64,000 bases of DNA from Antedon mediterranea. Lineage: Eukaryota > Animalia > Echinodermata. Both the position numbers and the translations under genes were made by a program. Positions 37,401 through 48,400 of this stretch are shown here, piece by piece. The DNA is taken from NCBI RefSeq assembly GCF_964355755.1, contig NC_092677.1, forward strand, positions 15,584,101 through 15,648,100, given 5' to 3'. The first letter of the stretch is position 1; each line of letters opens with the position of its first letter. The notes beneath the pieces were generated by a model. That model searched no databases and was not told the origin of the DNA. It worked only from the letters and a program-made list of their open reading frames with translations.

Positions 37401-40236
37401 GATTAGAAATTGATTTTTCGTATTTATAAATTTTATACGTACGTAACTTTCTGTGAAACATGCCATTTTGTTCAACATAAACATAGCGCATCTATATATA
37501 AATTTACGTAAGGGCAAAATTCGGTAAATCGCGCGTTATTTCTAGAATGTTTACTCGATGGTATATAAAGTTGGTTCGTACTTTCGGTACTGATTTTAAC
37601 CACTTGATGTAACCCTGTTTACTAATTAAATTGAGTTCGATAATTAGTTATTGACGATTAAAACGAATTTAGGTTCAACGATTTGCCCCAAATAGGGGTG
37701 TTTTTCGATCGTGGTATACACTGTCTAATGGATGTCCGTCTTGAAAAATACCCGCAGACGATAATACGAGGATGCTTCGCATTTTCCTATCTCCTCCTAC
37801 GATAATTGTTTTTAATGGCTGAAAACCTGTTGAACAGCTCGAGTACAGCATCATAATGTTGAAGACAGGCCGATTTTCTTTAAAAAATACTATTTTGATA
37901 GATTTAATATACGTTTATACAAATGTATTGATTTGCGATGAATGGAACATTCCAATCTCTGTTCCTCAAGTGTCTATTCCCTCAGGCGTCGTAAAGGCAA
38001 GTGCTGTATACTCATAACAGAAATTCGATACATTTTTTTTTTCAATCTGTGCTGCAGTGGTTGGATATACATTTTTTTTTAAACGGATAATGAGCTAGAG
38101 TTTTCACTCGCCGTATATTATGTACAAATCTTTATTATTGCAATTAAACCACCCACATCATCACCCTTCTCTCACTGGCATGAGTAGCGTTGTAAATCCA
38201 GTAGAGGATAGGCCTACAGTACATCACATGCCGCCCTAAACGCAGAACAACTTTGGTGGGTAGGGTAGGAACCAACTTAAGTATGAATTGGCTCTAAGAA
38301 ACAATTGAAAACCATTAGGCCTACTTATTAAGTTGAGTTAGATAATTTAATATTTATTGACGATTAAATCGAATTTATGATTTTCCCCGAATAGAGGTGG
38401 TTTTTGTTTTTTTTGTTTTACATTATATAAACATATACACGTCGTAGTGATGTATCGTTACATGTACTGTACTATTTCAATCGACTTGGACGGTGATAGT
38501 TTCAACAAAGTATTACATTGCAATGTTTTACTGTGTTTAGTGGTATATTATTTGTAAAACATGAAAACAGTTAATATTTCGTTACTAAATAGATAAAGAA
38601 TATATTTAAAAATTGTTCCTCTTTGCACCCATCCTCTTCCCCCATCCCTCAACCCTAATGTTACATACAAAACACAAATTAAGTTTGTTTAAATTTGACT
38701 TAAACAATTGGTCTCATTTTGTGACAAGTTTCTCTTTCGGAAGTAATTCCCAGGGTGCTAATTTTAGTTGAATACATAAATCACAGTGTCTATTTATTCG
38801 TTCCTGTAAACGACATGTATTTGTCCTGCGGTACGTACATTTGAAATCGCCAGTTTTTTAACGCTGAAATTATTATGTATTCGAGAACCATATGTGGGCA
38901 CGACCTAGATGGTACGCGAGCGAAGCGAGCGTACCATCTAGTGATATAAATTACACTTTTGCTAAGTTTCAATTTAAAAGGTTATTTCGTTTTCGACCTA
39001 TGTTAAAAACGCAAAATTCATAAAATCGCGCATAAGTCATGTTGCGCAATTGTAAACGTCATGAAAATGTTAGCTGCAAATATTGGGAAAGTTACAAAAT
39101 GTTATGTTTGCAAGTTTGAGAGATACGCGAGACACAAAAATTACAGAAAACGAAAAAAAAAAAGAAGATTATGATGATCTTTGACAATCACAAACAGAAA
39201 AAAAAAAAAATTCAATACATATGAATCAATTAAAAATTTGACTGTGTTGCAGTAGGCCTTACCTGTAATTCGATAGTATCAACAGTACTACCAAAATAGG
39301 TCTGATTAACTGACGGTAAGGCATTTGGGGTGGCAGTGTTTATAATCGATGCAGCGATAGTAAAAGACTCTTCTGTTTCAATGTTCATGCAAAGAACGAG
39401 TGGCAATCCAGGACGTATGGTATCAGGTGAAATGATAACGTACCGTCTGTTAAAAAAAAGCAAAATTAATAATTTAAAAATAGATGATTTTTAGTCATAT
39501 AAAACAATACAGTGTGAAACACGTAATCAAAATATGTAGGCTATAGCAAAGAACTTATAACACAAGAATCTCCTGTTCGTCCGAAGCGCGTAACAATTTC
39601 GAAAGGCATTGTGGGATAGAATAGAACTATGGGTAGCGCCATTGTGAGCCATGGAGTAGGGCGCCCGCATCAAATTAGAAAGTCAAAATCATAGAGGGGA
39701 TCTGCTAATGCTCTAGGGGGGATAGAGTAATTGACTGAGTAGGGCGCCCGCATCAAATTAGAAAGTCAAAATCATAGAGGGGATCTGCTAATGCTCAAGG
39801 GGGGGATAGAGTAATTGACTGAGGAGTAGGGCGCCCGCATCAAATTAGAAAGTCAAAATCATAGAGGGGATCTGCTAATACTCTAGGGGGGATAGAGTAA
39901 TTGACTTCCTAGTTTGGAGGGGGCGCTGCTCCATGCTGTGAAATGGCGTCGCCCAGTTTGACCTTTTAACCCTGTACTTCCGATACTGTGTTTTGAATGC
40001 AAATTGAAGAACAGGAGATTCTTGTGTTATAAGTTCTTTGGCTATAGTCTTTTTAGAACTAAAAAAAACTAGTACAAAATTATAAATTAAAGCAGCAGAA
40101 ATATAAAGTGAGATGTTGCTTTAAATGGAGTGATTAATTTAGTGAATGAATGAAACAAATAATCTTACCCATTTGCCATGTGAATGAATCCAAAAACAAT
40201 ACAAAATATTGTTAGGCCTACATACTTCAAAGCCAT
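10303..40236 (-). CDS. CD109: CD109-like thioester-containing protein, paralog B (coding exons 1-19; 3' half not in window or lost)
   Basis: 19 GT-AG exons, 2580 nt = 860 codons with no stop. Signal peptide MALKYVGLTIFCIVFGFIHMANG; motifs IQTDKAIYKPGQ, EYVLPKFEV, YTYGKPV, FPETWLW, LPYSVIRGE. Exons 7-19 correspond one-to-one to paralog A. Confidence 0.88.
10691..10798 (-). CDS. CD109: paralog B exon 18
   Basis: ADVKLHKSDDFHNIEF...VYVSKDQ; homologous to 52982-53089. Confidence 0.88.
11154..11267 (-). CDS. CD109: paralog B exon 17
   Basis: VTVFKPFFVSMNLPYSVIRGENLALEILVFNYQTMDIT. Confidence 0.9.
11596..11713 (-). CDS. CD109: paralog B exon 16
   Basis: DDGMVSIETTVPDTITSWVGSAFALSTSTGFGVVPTTSM. 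Confidence 0.9.
11811..13135 (+). mobile_element. Internally deleted Gypsy-type LTR element with short LTRs
   Basis: LTRs at 11811-11946 and 12985-13135, TSD CAATG, PBS TGGCGACGAAGAT (tRNA-Ser-like), PPT AAAACAGGAGGAA. Decayed integrase C-terminus (HPARNGLAERAVQTVK, SPAELLMKR, KWLPGV, WRRHVDHI). Confidence 0.87.
13592..13754 (-). CDS. CD109: paralog B exon 15 (bait/variable region)
   Basis: LIISHSAFAQRPMIDFELTELTELTDEMLLTTIADSDVRAEFPETWLWMETTVG. Confidence 0.85.
14472..14550 (-). CDS. CD109: paralog B exon 14
   Basis: NSGVIVLTDAKIPDELNNILHISLHS; donor GTAAG, phase 1. Confidence 0.85.
15684..19059 (-). mobile_element. Non-autonomous LTR retroelement with near-identical 642-bp LTRs
   Basis: LTRs at 15684-16325 and 18418-19059 (TG...CA; I count 4 mismatches), TSD TTAG. 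On the minus strand, PBS TGGTGGAAGACCCG and PPT GGGAAACAGAGGGA. The 2.1 kb interior has no intact ORF. Confidence 0.9.
19499..19606 (-). CDS. CD109: paralog B exon 13 (linker)
   Basis: VIEELETFDSSKSGKIGIPRFYPFSTEGIYAANIFK. Confidence 0.85.
19766..19915 (-). CDS. CD109: paralog B exon 12
   Basis: VSLSFSSDVVEPGD...LLAVDQSVLLLKSGNDITQKK. Confidence 0.9.
20279..20470 (-). CDS. CD109: paralog B exon 11
   Basis: ILSKGNIVLTG...DMVPSAKLIAYYVRSDNETVVD...FENK. Confidence 0.9.
20996..21064. repeat. Short inverted repeat, probably a MITE remnant
   Basis: TTTTTGGTCACCAACTGAAAACTA ... TAGTTTTCGGTTGGTGACCAAAAA around a TA-rich spacer. Confidence 0.6.
21624..21803 (-). CDS. CD109: paralog B exon 10
   Basis: ARYYTMEE...ESPSNSFIQI...NIVYM; homologous to 58803-58982. 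Confidence 0.9.
22376..22567 (-). CDS. CD109: paralog B exon 9
   Basis: IAVTRQDGTPLS...YEIPSNGVV...IDIQ; homologous to 59295-59498. Confidence 0.9.
23254..23469 (-). CDS. CD109: paralog B exon 8
   Basis: IDGSKSFSVP...VNETLTG...KTFKPSFLYTAY; homologous to 59620-59835. Confidence 0.9.
24137..24218 (-). CDS. CD109: paralog B exon 7
   Basis: YTYGKPVKGTVLVKIITGSHEIELNMV; homologous to 61746-61827. Confidence 0.9.
25853..26477. mobile_element. MITE with TTAA target duplication (Kolobok/piggyBac-like)
   Basis: TTAA|AGACCCCTTCCCTGCA ... TGTAGGGAAGGGGGCT|TTAA; non-coding. Confidence 0.75.
26677..26801 (-). CDS. CD109: paralog B exon 6
   Basis: DVSAYQLFTIEEYVLPKFEVSVTLPSFI...; AG/GTGAG. Confidence 0.9.
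27166..29329. mobile_element. Non-autonomous TIR element with repeated subterminal motif, containing nested fragments
   Basis: Left end TGTTGTGTCGCACTTTGTAATAATTGTCGCACTTTGTAA is inverted at the right end TTACAAAGTGCGACAATTATTACAAAGTGCCACGCAACA. Confidence 0.6.
27670..28527 (+). mobile_element. RTE-like LINE RT fragment, degenerate
   Basis: NYRGISLSSIVAKIFNKMILNRI, FIDFKKAFD, GVLQGDTLAPYLFVIALDY, DFADDI; (TGA)n tail at about 28514-28526. Confidence 0.85.
29462..29590 (-). CDS. CD109: paralog B exon 5
   Basis: DPLGNLIQQW...LMSTQPVLGDWSINATSG; AG/GTAAG. Confidence 0.9.
29675..31200 (+). mobile_element. CR1/L2-type LINE RT fragment, degenerate
   Basis: NNYRPISVLPIVSKIIE, QSGFR, FLDLKKAFDTV, GIPQGSILGPLLFIIYVN, YTDD; stops and frameshifts. 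Confidence 0.85.
31654..31724 (-). CDS. CD109: paralog B exon 4
   Basis: IKYRIFAINPDLSQRMVNYDIEIK; AG/GT; phase 1 to 0. Confidence 0.8.
32050..33150 (-). mobile_element. CR1-type LINE RT/3' fragment, degenerate
   Basis: DVVALDYSRAF, WINSFLSGRKQR, SGVPQGSVLG, YADDT. Confidence 0.8.
33230..33386 (-). CDS. CD109: paralog B exon 3
   Basis: VPDGASASGTYKLQVLGTGG...SIYIQTDKAIYKPGQT, the A2M-family MG1/MG2 motif. Confidence 0.9.
34071..36238. repeat. ~625-bp tandem duplication; second copy interrupted by a LINE
   Basis: Copy 1 at 34071-34693; copy 2 at 34694-35065 continuing at 35946-36238. Confidence 0.85.
35066..35937 (+). mobile_element. 5'-truncated L2/CR1-group LINE 3' end
   Basis: IRPITEYACPVWH...LESIQKRACRII...RTKRYRNS, 3'UTR, AATAAA, (ATATAA)n tail, flanked by TSD TAAAGTTA (35058-35065 and 35938-35945). 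Confidence 0.85.
37491..38941 (+). mobile_element. Non-autonomous Helitron
   Basis: A|TC 5' end, 3' hairpin CTAGATGGTACGC-GAGCGAAGCGA-GCGTACCATCTAG, ends CTAG|T, no TSD. Further copies at 62252 and about 63536. Confidence 0.8.
39263..39446 (-). CDS. CD109: paralog B exon 2 (MG1)
   Basis: RYVIISPDTIRPGLPLVLCM...TIELQ; AG/GTAAG; phase fits exon 1. Confidence 0.85.
39541..40047. mobile_element. MITE with three internal ~82-bp tandem repeats
   Basis: TIR CAAAGAACTTATAACACAAGAATCTCCTGTTC / GAACAGGAGATTCTTGTGTTATAAGTTCTTTG. Repeats GAGTAGGGCGCCCGCATC... at 39654-39906. Confidence 0.85.
40169..40236 (-). CDS. CD109: paralog B coding exon 1 (signal peptide)
   Basis: ATG GCT TTG...MALKYVGLTIFCIVFGFIHMANG, donor GTAAG, phase 2. 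An acceptor-like CAG about 10 nt upstream of the ATG suggests a 5'UTR intron. Confidence 0.8.
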
Positions 40237-40513
40237 TATTTTAGACCTGTTTAAGAAAATAATAATAATATTAAAATATTTTGAAAACAACAACTTCTAC
40301 AGTATGGGATAAATGGGTTTAATACAACAGATGAGATAAAATCAAAATCAATAACAACTCAATCATTAAAATAAATGAATTTAATAGATTATGACATCAC
40401 CTTTTCCTAATCTAATCAAATGGTTGAATGGTTATGCTCAGCTCCCTAGGTTGAGGCTTGGTTCAAACCCATCAGTAGGCCTACATCTTTTTTTACTTAC
40501 CAACGTCTTTATT

Positions 40514-41549
40514 CAGTGCCGTAGCCAGGATCTGTCAAGGGGGGGTTCGCACACTAAGTATTTTGGTCACCCCCACCCCCCCCCCCCAAATTTTGTTAAA
40601 TGACACCCCTAGATGGCCGGAAAAGACACTCTCATGCAGCATGCTACCAATGAGCAAAATGATCGTACTTGGACTCGTGGACTATTTAAACGATAACATT
40701 TGTTGCCGTATGTTAGATGCGCGTGCTCTGTGCGAAACCGCCGATTGTCTGATCATTTACTCGATATTTTGTTTTGCGTTCAAGTTCAATGCGAACGTAC
40801 GTCTAGGAGAAGCCCCGAAAAAAGCACACTGGGTGAAGGCAAATGCAATTCTTATTATAGCTCTATCTATAATATTTATTTACAGCAATTTGTTGAGGAA
40901 ATTAAATATGCCAATGTAAATAGGTGATATTGATACATTTGAGTACGTATCGGCTGGTGGTCTAGAAAAAAATAATCGGATGCCATAATGTGAACTACAG
41001 TACATGATACCATAGATATTATAGTGTAAAATATTAATATTCACTATAATCCTCTATGATACATTATACTTCATAGCCACACCTAAATACTGATGTATGT
41101 CGGAAGGCTATATACTTTATGCATGCTGCCTGACTGCCAGTGATCTAAACAATTGGTACGCAGTTGTCTGGCGGTGTCCTTTGTACGAATCGTTCGTCCC
41201 CCAGCTCGCTGTGAGACGCGTCAATATCATGTTACATGCAGGGACCAAACATTTATTTTTCAGGTTAAAATCCGCAATTCATTTGCAACTCTTTACAGAC
41301 TATATCGCTCGAAGTACGCTCATACAGGGAAGAAGGTACTGTATGAGTTATTCCGAACGAGTTTACGAATTTTTTAATTTACGAACAACTTTTTGTACTG
41401 TGGGGCACGTATTTGGACGATTTTCGGAGATGAGGGTGAGGGTGAGGTATTGGGCATGTCGGGGATGGGGGTTCGCAGTCGATTAAGGGGGTTTGCTGTA
41501 AAGGCGGGGTTCGCCCGAACCATAAAAACCCTCCCTGGCTACGGGCCTG
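40514..41549. mobile_element. MITE-like TIR element
   Basis: CAGTGCCGTAGCCAGG ... CCTGGCTACGGGCCTG; TTATT on both flanks. Confidence 0.6.
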
Positions 41550-41765
41550 TTATTACCATGTTCTTTTCTGACCATGATTGCAATAGAGGGATAATTTTCT
41601 TTTGAAAGTTCAAAGAAAAAGTAAACTTGAGAACTTCAGTTTTATTACGACTAAGTAACTTTTTATTGGATATAGGATTTTGTCAGGAAACGAATCAAGA
41701 ATCAGCGCAGCCAGGGTTTTCTCCTTTATAAAGCACATAACATCGTAAAAGTGCAAAGAAGTAGG

Positions 41766-43012
41766 CTACACAAACCAACAGTGGTGTTGGTAGTCTATGA
41801 GTGAGATGTACCTGTATAGACTCTACATATGCCATATCCCCAATATGGACACCCCTTGAAAGGAAAATGGAATAGTCCAGTCGCCGTAGCAGGCCGTACA
41901 AACGTCTGTCATGCATGACATCACCCTCATATTCCGAGATCCATGTGATCACCGCGAGGGGAGGCGGGAGGGATTGCTATACAGGTATCTCACTCATAGA
42001 CTACCAACACCACTATTGGTTTGTGTAGTCTATTTCGTGAGATCCCTGTATAGACTCTACATATGCCAGAGTAGCACTGGCATCAGGAGGAGTGCGTGAT
42101 TATGACTAAAACCAAACTTACTCTACTTAGAAGGCCGACAAATTGCAGACGCTACGGTCGCCTGGCACGAGACAACGTCCTGAAGGTGGTAGCACGATGA
42201 AAAAGTGGTCTGAGCTCACCACCATGCCGCCGCTAAAATATACGGGCACACCACGAAATAACGCCCACGAAGCCACTGAGCCATGCACCTCGTGCATATG
42301 AGCTGGCGGCGGCAAGCGTGAAGATGCATGCGCTGACTTGATGGCGGAAACAACCCAACAGGCTATCGTATCCTTAGAGGCGGGACCATGGGGTTTTATT
42401 GTTGTCACACACAGATGTGACGTTCCGTTTCGTAAATGTTGCATGCAATTAACATATATTTGTAACTCACGCACTGGGCACCAAAGCCTGTCTTCTCGCA
42501 CAGAGGAGTGCAAGGAAATTTTATAAATAAAAATGGTTGGTGGCGAGTGGTTCAGGGTTTGGGTCTTTGCTAAGAACCCTGCTCGGAAAGTGAGACGAAC
42601 ACCGTTGTTCTCAAACCGAATATGGCCAGGGTCTAAGGAAAGTGCGTGAATCTCACCCTTACGCTTACATGACGCTGCGGCTACTAGAAACGCAGTCTTA
42701 ATAGACACATCGAGCAGAGATGTATGGCGGTTTTGTAAAGGCCTCAAGGACCGAGTTCAAGTCCCACCGGGGAAGCAAAGACTGCACGGGAGGTCGAATA
42801 TTAAACATTCCTCTCATCAGCATCGATAGTTCTAAAGAGGAGGATACTGACGGAAAGCGAAAGGATATGAGGACGATGTCATGCGTGACAAACATTTGTA
42901 CGGCACGCTACGGCGCCTGGACTATTCCATTTTCCTTTCGAGGGGTGTCCATATTGGGAATAATGGCATATGTAGAGTCTGTACAGGTAGGGATCTCACG
43001 AAATAGACTACA
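41766..43012 (-). mobile_element. Miniature DIRS1-like tyrosine-recombinase retroelement
   Basis: Inverted terminal repeats at 41766-41890 and 42907-43012. Internal complementary region at 41977-42068 joins both termini. Decayed YR in between. Confidence 0.87.
42127..42895 (-). pseudogene. DIRS tyrosine recombinase remnant (frameshifted)
   Basis: LLPRWDLNSVL, KTAFLVAAASCKRKGEIHAL, GFLAKTQ, LWCPVRELQIY, PASKDTIACWV, HEVHGSVASWA. The HxxR motif reads HEVH. Confidence 0.82.
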
Positions 43013-45219
43013 GTTCAATGATCCAACCTCTTTAGCTTTCCATTTGAAGGTAAAACAGTAAACGGTACTACTGAAAACACATTCTTAAAACATAATTTGA
43101 ATCCATCCAATGTAACGTTGATCAAAATTTACTTTACATAAAATAATAAAATGATTATATGTGTGGCGTGAGGAGGGTGCACCCCCTCTATGGATCTGCT
43201 GCCGTTTCCATTGTTTCACTTCAAAAATGTATTTCCCTGAAGATGTGTTCTCTTTGACTATAATATTCGCATAAGCAAAATAAAGGAATGGTTGTGGACC
43301 TATTCAAAATACAAAATTTCACATGAAATTTTTCACACAAAATAGTCCTGCAAAATACACATTCATTAACGACTTTAAATGAAATCATCAACAATGCGAC
43401 AGTTGTGTGCCAGTGTGTACTTTGCAACAATCATAACAGGATATATGGTTTTGGCCAAAAAATTCAACCTTCAATTCAATATCATACATGACGTAAGCAT
43501 GTGAAAATCGTTTTTCCTTTGCGAATTGACAGGGTCCAGACGTTACACTTCTGACGTGTTGGGCCAATTATGCAAACCAACCTGTATAGCATTATGCATT
43601 TTTTGTCATCTTAAAGTTTAATAAAAAAAATCAATAAATAATTTGTATAGGCTAGGAAGGTTATTAGCCCAGGTATACAGTTTGGTCTAGGCTTCAGGTA
43701 TGCACTCACTTCCTGAACTGATCACCAATCTACCTACAGTACATTGAGGGAAGATTCAGTCTTCCCTGGTACACACACCTATGGAGCACACCATATCATA
43801 CAACCAATCAGGCATTTACCATACCAAGAATCTCACACAGAAACCTATTAAATTAATCACAAATTGAAACAATGTTTACCTTTAAACTTTACCTTTTCTC
43901 CCGGCAACCAAAAAAATTACCAAATGCAGTTATTTCATATAGACAACAATGTATCCATCCAACCACCTTTTATTTATTGACATAATCACACACTACTGTA
44001 CTACTACTAAGTACATGATTTGTTATGCATGACAACATACATATTCAAGAAATAACAGGTGGTGGCAGCATGTAGTTTAACATAAAAAGAGAAGTCATTT
44101 TTATTCTTCATCTAAATCACAGAAATGTATTTCTATTTTTTTCACGCTGCTGCTCTAGCCCGCTACGTCACACGAGATGACTCATTCATTAGATGAAATC
44201 AAGCACTGTTTTATAGTACTACACTTTGACATTTTTGTTAAAATGGAAACTCCACTATAATTTATTGAATCCAAAAACGGCTGAGAAAAGAGTCTAACGA
44301 CAAATCCCAAAGCATTCTGGTATTTATGAGTCCCATGATATAATTCGCTGTCAGATAATCATTGAATTATTATCAAAACAGTCCATTGAAGTTTTTGTTT
44401 GTAATAGGATACTTGAAGTATCTAGGCGTGATGAAGTGACCCCCAGACTTGACCTTAGCAATAACAATAAGCGAGCAGCGTTTTTTGTAAGAAATATTCT
44501 TGTTAAAGATGTATTGTCCCTCAAAAACATGAACACTCTTATCTTCTTACAAATCAATAAATATATATTTTTTCAACAAACCTAATTTTTATTTCTTTTA
44601 ATCCATTAAATTAAATATATTATTTCAAGCAAACTATTTTTTTTTACATTATTGTTCTATTAAAAAAATCAAGGTTTTGTTACAAAGTCGAAAAATATAG
44701 AAACTTCCAAAAATCAAAATCATCACAAATCAAAAATATATGCTGCATAATTCATACACCTTAATTTGGTTAAATATCAGGATTTGCAAAAAATAGATTT
44801 GCTAAATTAATATTGCTAAATATTAATTAGTATTGTATTAGTATACCTAAACCTAAAACATGATTGTTTTTGATAATTATTGAAATTTAAATATTTCAAG
44901 TAAGTTTTACTTTTACTTTTTAATCCATCAAATAATAATGTTTAAGTAACTCAAGTTATAAAAAAATAGTAATAATGAAACATTTCACCTCATATATACA
45001 CCTTAGGCCTACAGATTCAACTATACCAAAACCCAACATTTCAATATGATCCACTTTTTACTGTATAATTTATAAAACTATGATCTTGATTACATACAAA
45101 AATTCATACGAATAATGTTTAAAATTTTTGTTATATAATTTGAGTAAAGTGTATACAAACATGATATGCATTTAAAATTCTTTTTTTTTTTTAGAGATAT
45201 AATTTGAGGGTTGATTTTA

Positions 45220-45446
45220 TTAACCATGATAGTTTACTCCAAGCATTAACCCTGTAATGAAACAGCTCACGATGAGTGTAGCGATGTTAAGAAGTGGGTG
45301 AGGGGTCATTTGAATGACCGCTGCAGAGGGTTCTGGTGTGGTGTCTGCTGCACTCAAGCTGATTGCTTCTCCACAAGTATCGCACAATTCATGGATATTT
45401 GAATTACTCAAAGTATTAGACAAGTAAAACTTGGTGACTTGTTCAT
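45220..45446 (-). CDS. CD109: paralog A exon 30 (terminal; CxxC and hydrophobic GPI-like tail)
   Basis: DEQVTKFY...ELCDTCGE...PSAAV...LLNIATLIVSCFITGLMLGVNYHG-stop. Confidence 0.85.
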
Positions 45447-48400
45447 CTGGTGAAGACAATTGAAATATTACCAAGATACACTCCTATGCCCCATTGGCAC
45501 GCACATTTTGGTATGCACTGTTCCACATTTTTCAATGAATGCAATTTAATGGTATTGTCCCAAATATGTTACAAATAGTTTACGCCTTACATGAACACTA
45601 TTACATTGTTACATAATGGTATTGTCCCAAATATGTTACAAATACATAAACACTATTACATCGTTTATACACTAGTTCACATGGCATGGTCAACATGTGC
45701 ATACCATCTAAATTGAAATATGCGCAGTCAAATTATGATTGACTATGTCGTGTAGTGAACTGCACCACAATTTCTTGCAATGACATGCATTGCTGTGACC
45801 TACGTCAATACACAAGTTTATTCACAAAATTGCGGGCATGAATTTGGAGTGCACCAGACACAAATTTTCAACACATATTTCATGCATAGTCTTGCATCTT
45901 TTACACATTTCTAAACCATGATTTCTGCATTGTTAAGCATTCAATGTGGGACAGTGCTGAACCAACATTTGTTTAAGAGTCAACAGAGCATTATTACAGT
46001 GTTTCAATAAATCACTCTGATATAATTGATACCTTACCTGGTTGGTAGTAATTATACAACTTCACTGGGCTTGGTTTTATGTTTGAAACAATATTTGTCC
46101 TGTAAGCTGCAACACCTACACAAGTTGGAAAACTGTATGCAATCTGGAATCAAGCAATATAAATCAAGGAAAAAGACTTTATGGAAAATAAACAAACTAG
46201 CAATTTCTTTTAGAAGAAATAAACATCTGTGGGGTACACTGTCGTATGTTAATTACCCTATAAAGTTCTGTATAAGTTAAGAGAACACGGAGGCACGTTG
46301 ACACACGTCTATATGTTGGCTGACATATGTTATAAGCAAGTTGGAATACGTTGACACACATTTTAAGTATAAATAAGTTAGCAATACTGTATGTTAAGAT
46401 AATATTTTGCAACATATTTGATGTATTTGATGTTCCAAACAACCACAAAGCTATAGCAATCGTGTAGACAGCGTTTAGCCATGGACAAATTAAAGAGGAG
46501 GAGATGAAATGAACAATATATATTGACATCAGCAGTATTGACATCAGCAGTATTGACATCAGCAGTATTGCCATCAGCAGTATTGACATCAGCAGTATTG
46601 ACATCAGCAGTATTGACATCATGATGTTTAAATATGATTTCAATGTTTCTCAATGTATTATTTATACATCTAATTTGACATGAATGTTCAGAGCATTCGT
46701 CAAAAATTGGAAAGCTCCAGTGTTTTATAAAAACTTGCAGATATTATAGCTAAATCAAGGTGAGACAGGGCCATGATTTTTACTTTATTTTTTCATTTAC
46801 AGGGTAAAGGTTGGATTACATTTTTTTTATTTTTAAATTGTCATTTTACCCAACCAAACGAATTCCTTTAGAGTAAAATGGTATTGTTACCTCATCAAGG
46901 TAAAGAATAGCAATTCTCTTCTGCAATTCATATTTCTGCAAAGAGGCAATGTCTTCAAGTTCATGTCTGATCCTATCCTCATCTACCACAAAGCCTGATG
47001 GGATACCAATTTCCATGATTGACATTCCACTCTGCACAATATCTTTCAGATACCTGATAAAACGAATTAAAAATCAATGACAATATATTTATATAATTAG
47101 GACTTTTCTTCTTATTATTATTATTATTGTATGCACATTCATTCAAGTAGTGTGCCACTGTTTCAAAAGTGTAGGTCCTCAATAAATGATTTATGTTTTG
47201 TATCATGTATGATAATTCAATTCCAAAAAGTAGGACACCCTAAAGTTGTTATAGCATCCACAAAAATTATTGAAAAATCTAGTTACATACATTTAGGTTA
47301 CTTTTGAAAGAAGATAATGTTTTATAATTTTCATATTATTTTCAATATATTGTACAAAGAAAATAAATGTCCAAGGCTTATATTCCATGGAAAAAAGAAT
47401 CATTGAACCAACAAATTTAACGCCACAAAATATTGGTCATAGAAACTTAAAATGTTTGGCCTTCTATCAGTCACACCTCTCGTAAGTAAACCCGTCTTGT
47501 TAAAAGACATTTTTACTGCCCTGAGGGCATCTGGAAGTGAGAATATTTCGTTGATTTATTTATTAAATGCACAGTATTTGCATATAATGACTTACTGTCC
47601 ACACACTTGAATCTGTATATTGTTTGAATCATTGTCAATCACTGCTATCGTGACGTTAAATGCAGGTTCTTCTACAACTTCTTGCACGTTGTACATAACA
47701 GAGAATTGTAAAAGAAATGATCCACTTCCAGAGGCTGAAACGTCAACTGAACCAGCTGACACAGGAATCTAAACATTATGGGTTTTAATAAAGGACCATG
47801 TCAACATTATACGACTGCAGTTACTGCAGTAAATACATTTTGTTAACTCTTTAACTGTTTATGGAATTATTTAACTGATTTTTTTTGCAAATCATAAACA
47901 TTGTTATTCATTTCAGTATACAGTACTTCCTCATAAATTAAAATCCTACGTAATATTGCAATAGAAAGTGTAGCACAGTAACTGCAGCAGAATAACTTTC
48001 ACATGATGATCAGCACAATCAATTACAAAATGTAAATTAAAATATTTAATGAATTACAATAAATTATTAAAAATAATACATTACCTCCAACTGCTGAAAT
48101 ACGAGAGCATTGTCACTGTTAACAATAAGCGACTGAGTGTAGGTTGGATCTTCTGATAATGTTACATCTATAACAACCTCACCTCTATTCAGGCTGATCT
48201 GACCAGCATATGAGGCAAGAGCTTGCAAGGCCACAACAGTGTCCTAGTAGAAGAAAAAAAAGTCCTAGAGCACATGATATGAGAAGAGGGCTTACAAGGC
48301 TACAACAGTGTCCTAGTAGAAAAAAAAAGTCCTTGAGCACACGATATGAGACAAGGGCTTACAAGGCTACAACAGTGTCCTAGTAGAAAAAAAAAGTCCT

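Noticed and set aside
36370-39200. A larger minus-strand Helitron/Helentron-like element hosting the 37491 Helitron
   Set aside because: It starts with CTAG and resembles the 6923 element in texture, but I could not define matching sub-TIRs or a second copy.
46197-46653. 148-aa and 91-aa ORFs with (MSILL)n or (DVNTA)n repeats
   Set aside because: Products of the 15-bp intronic minisatellite.
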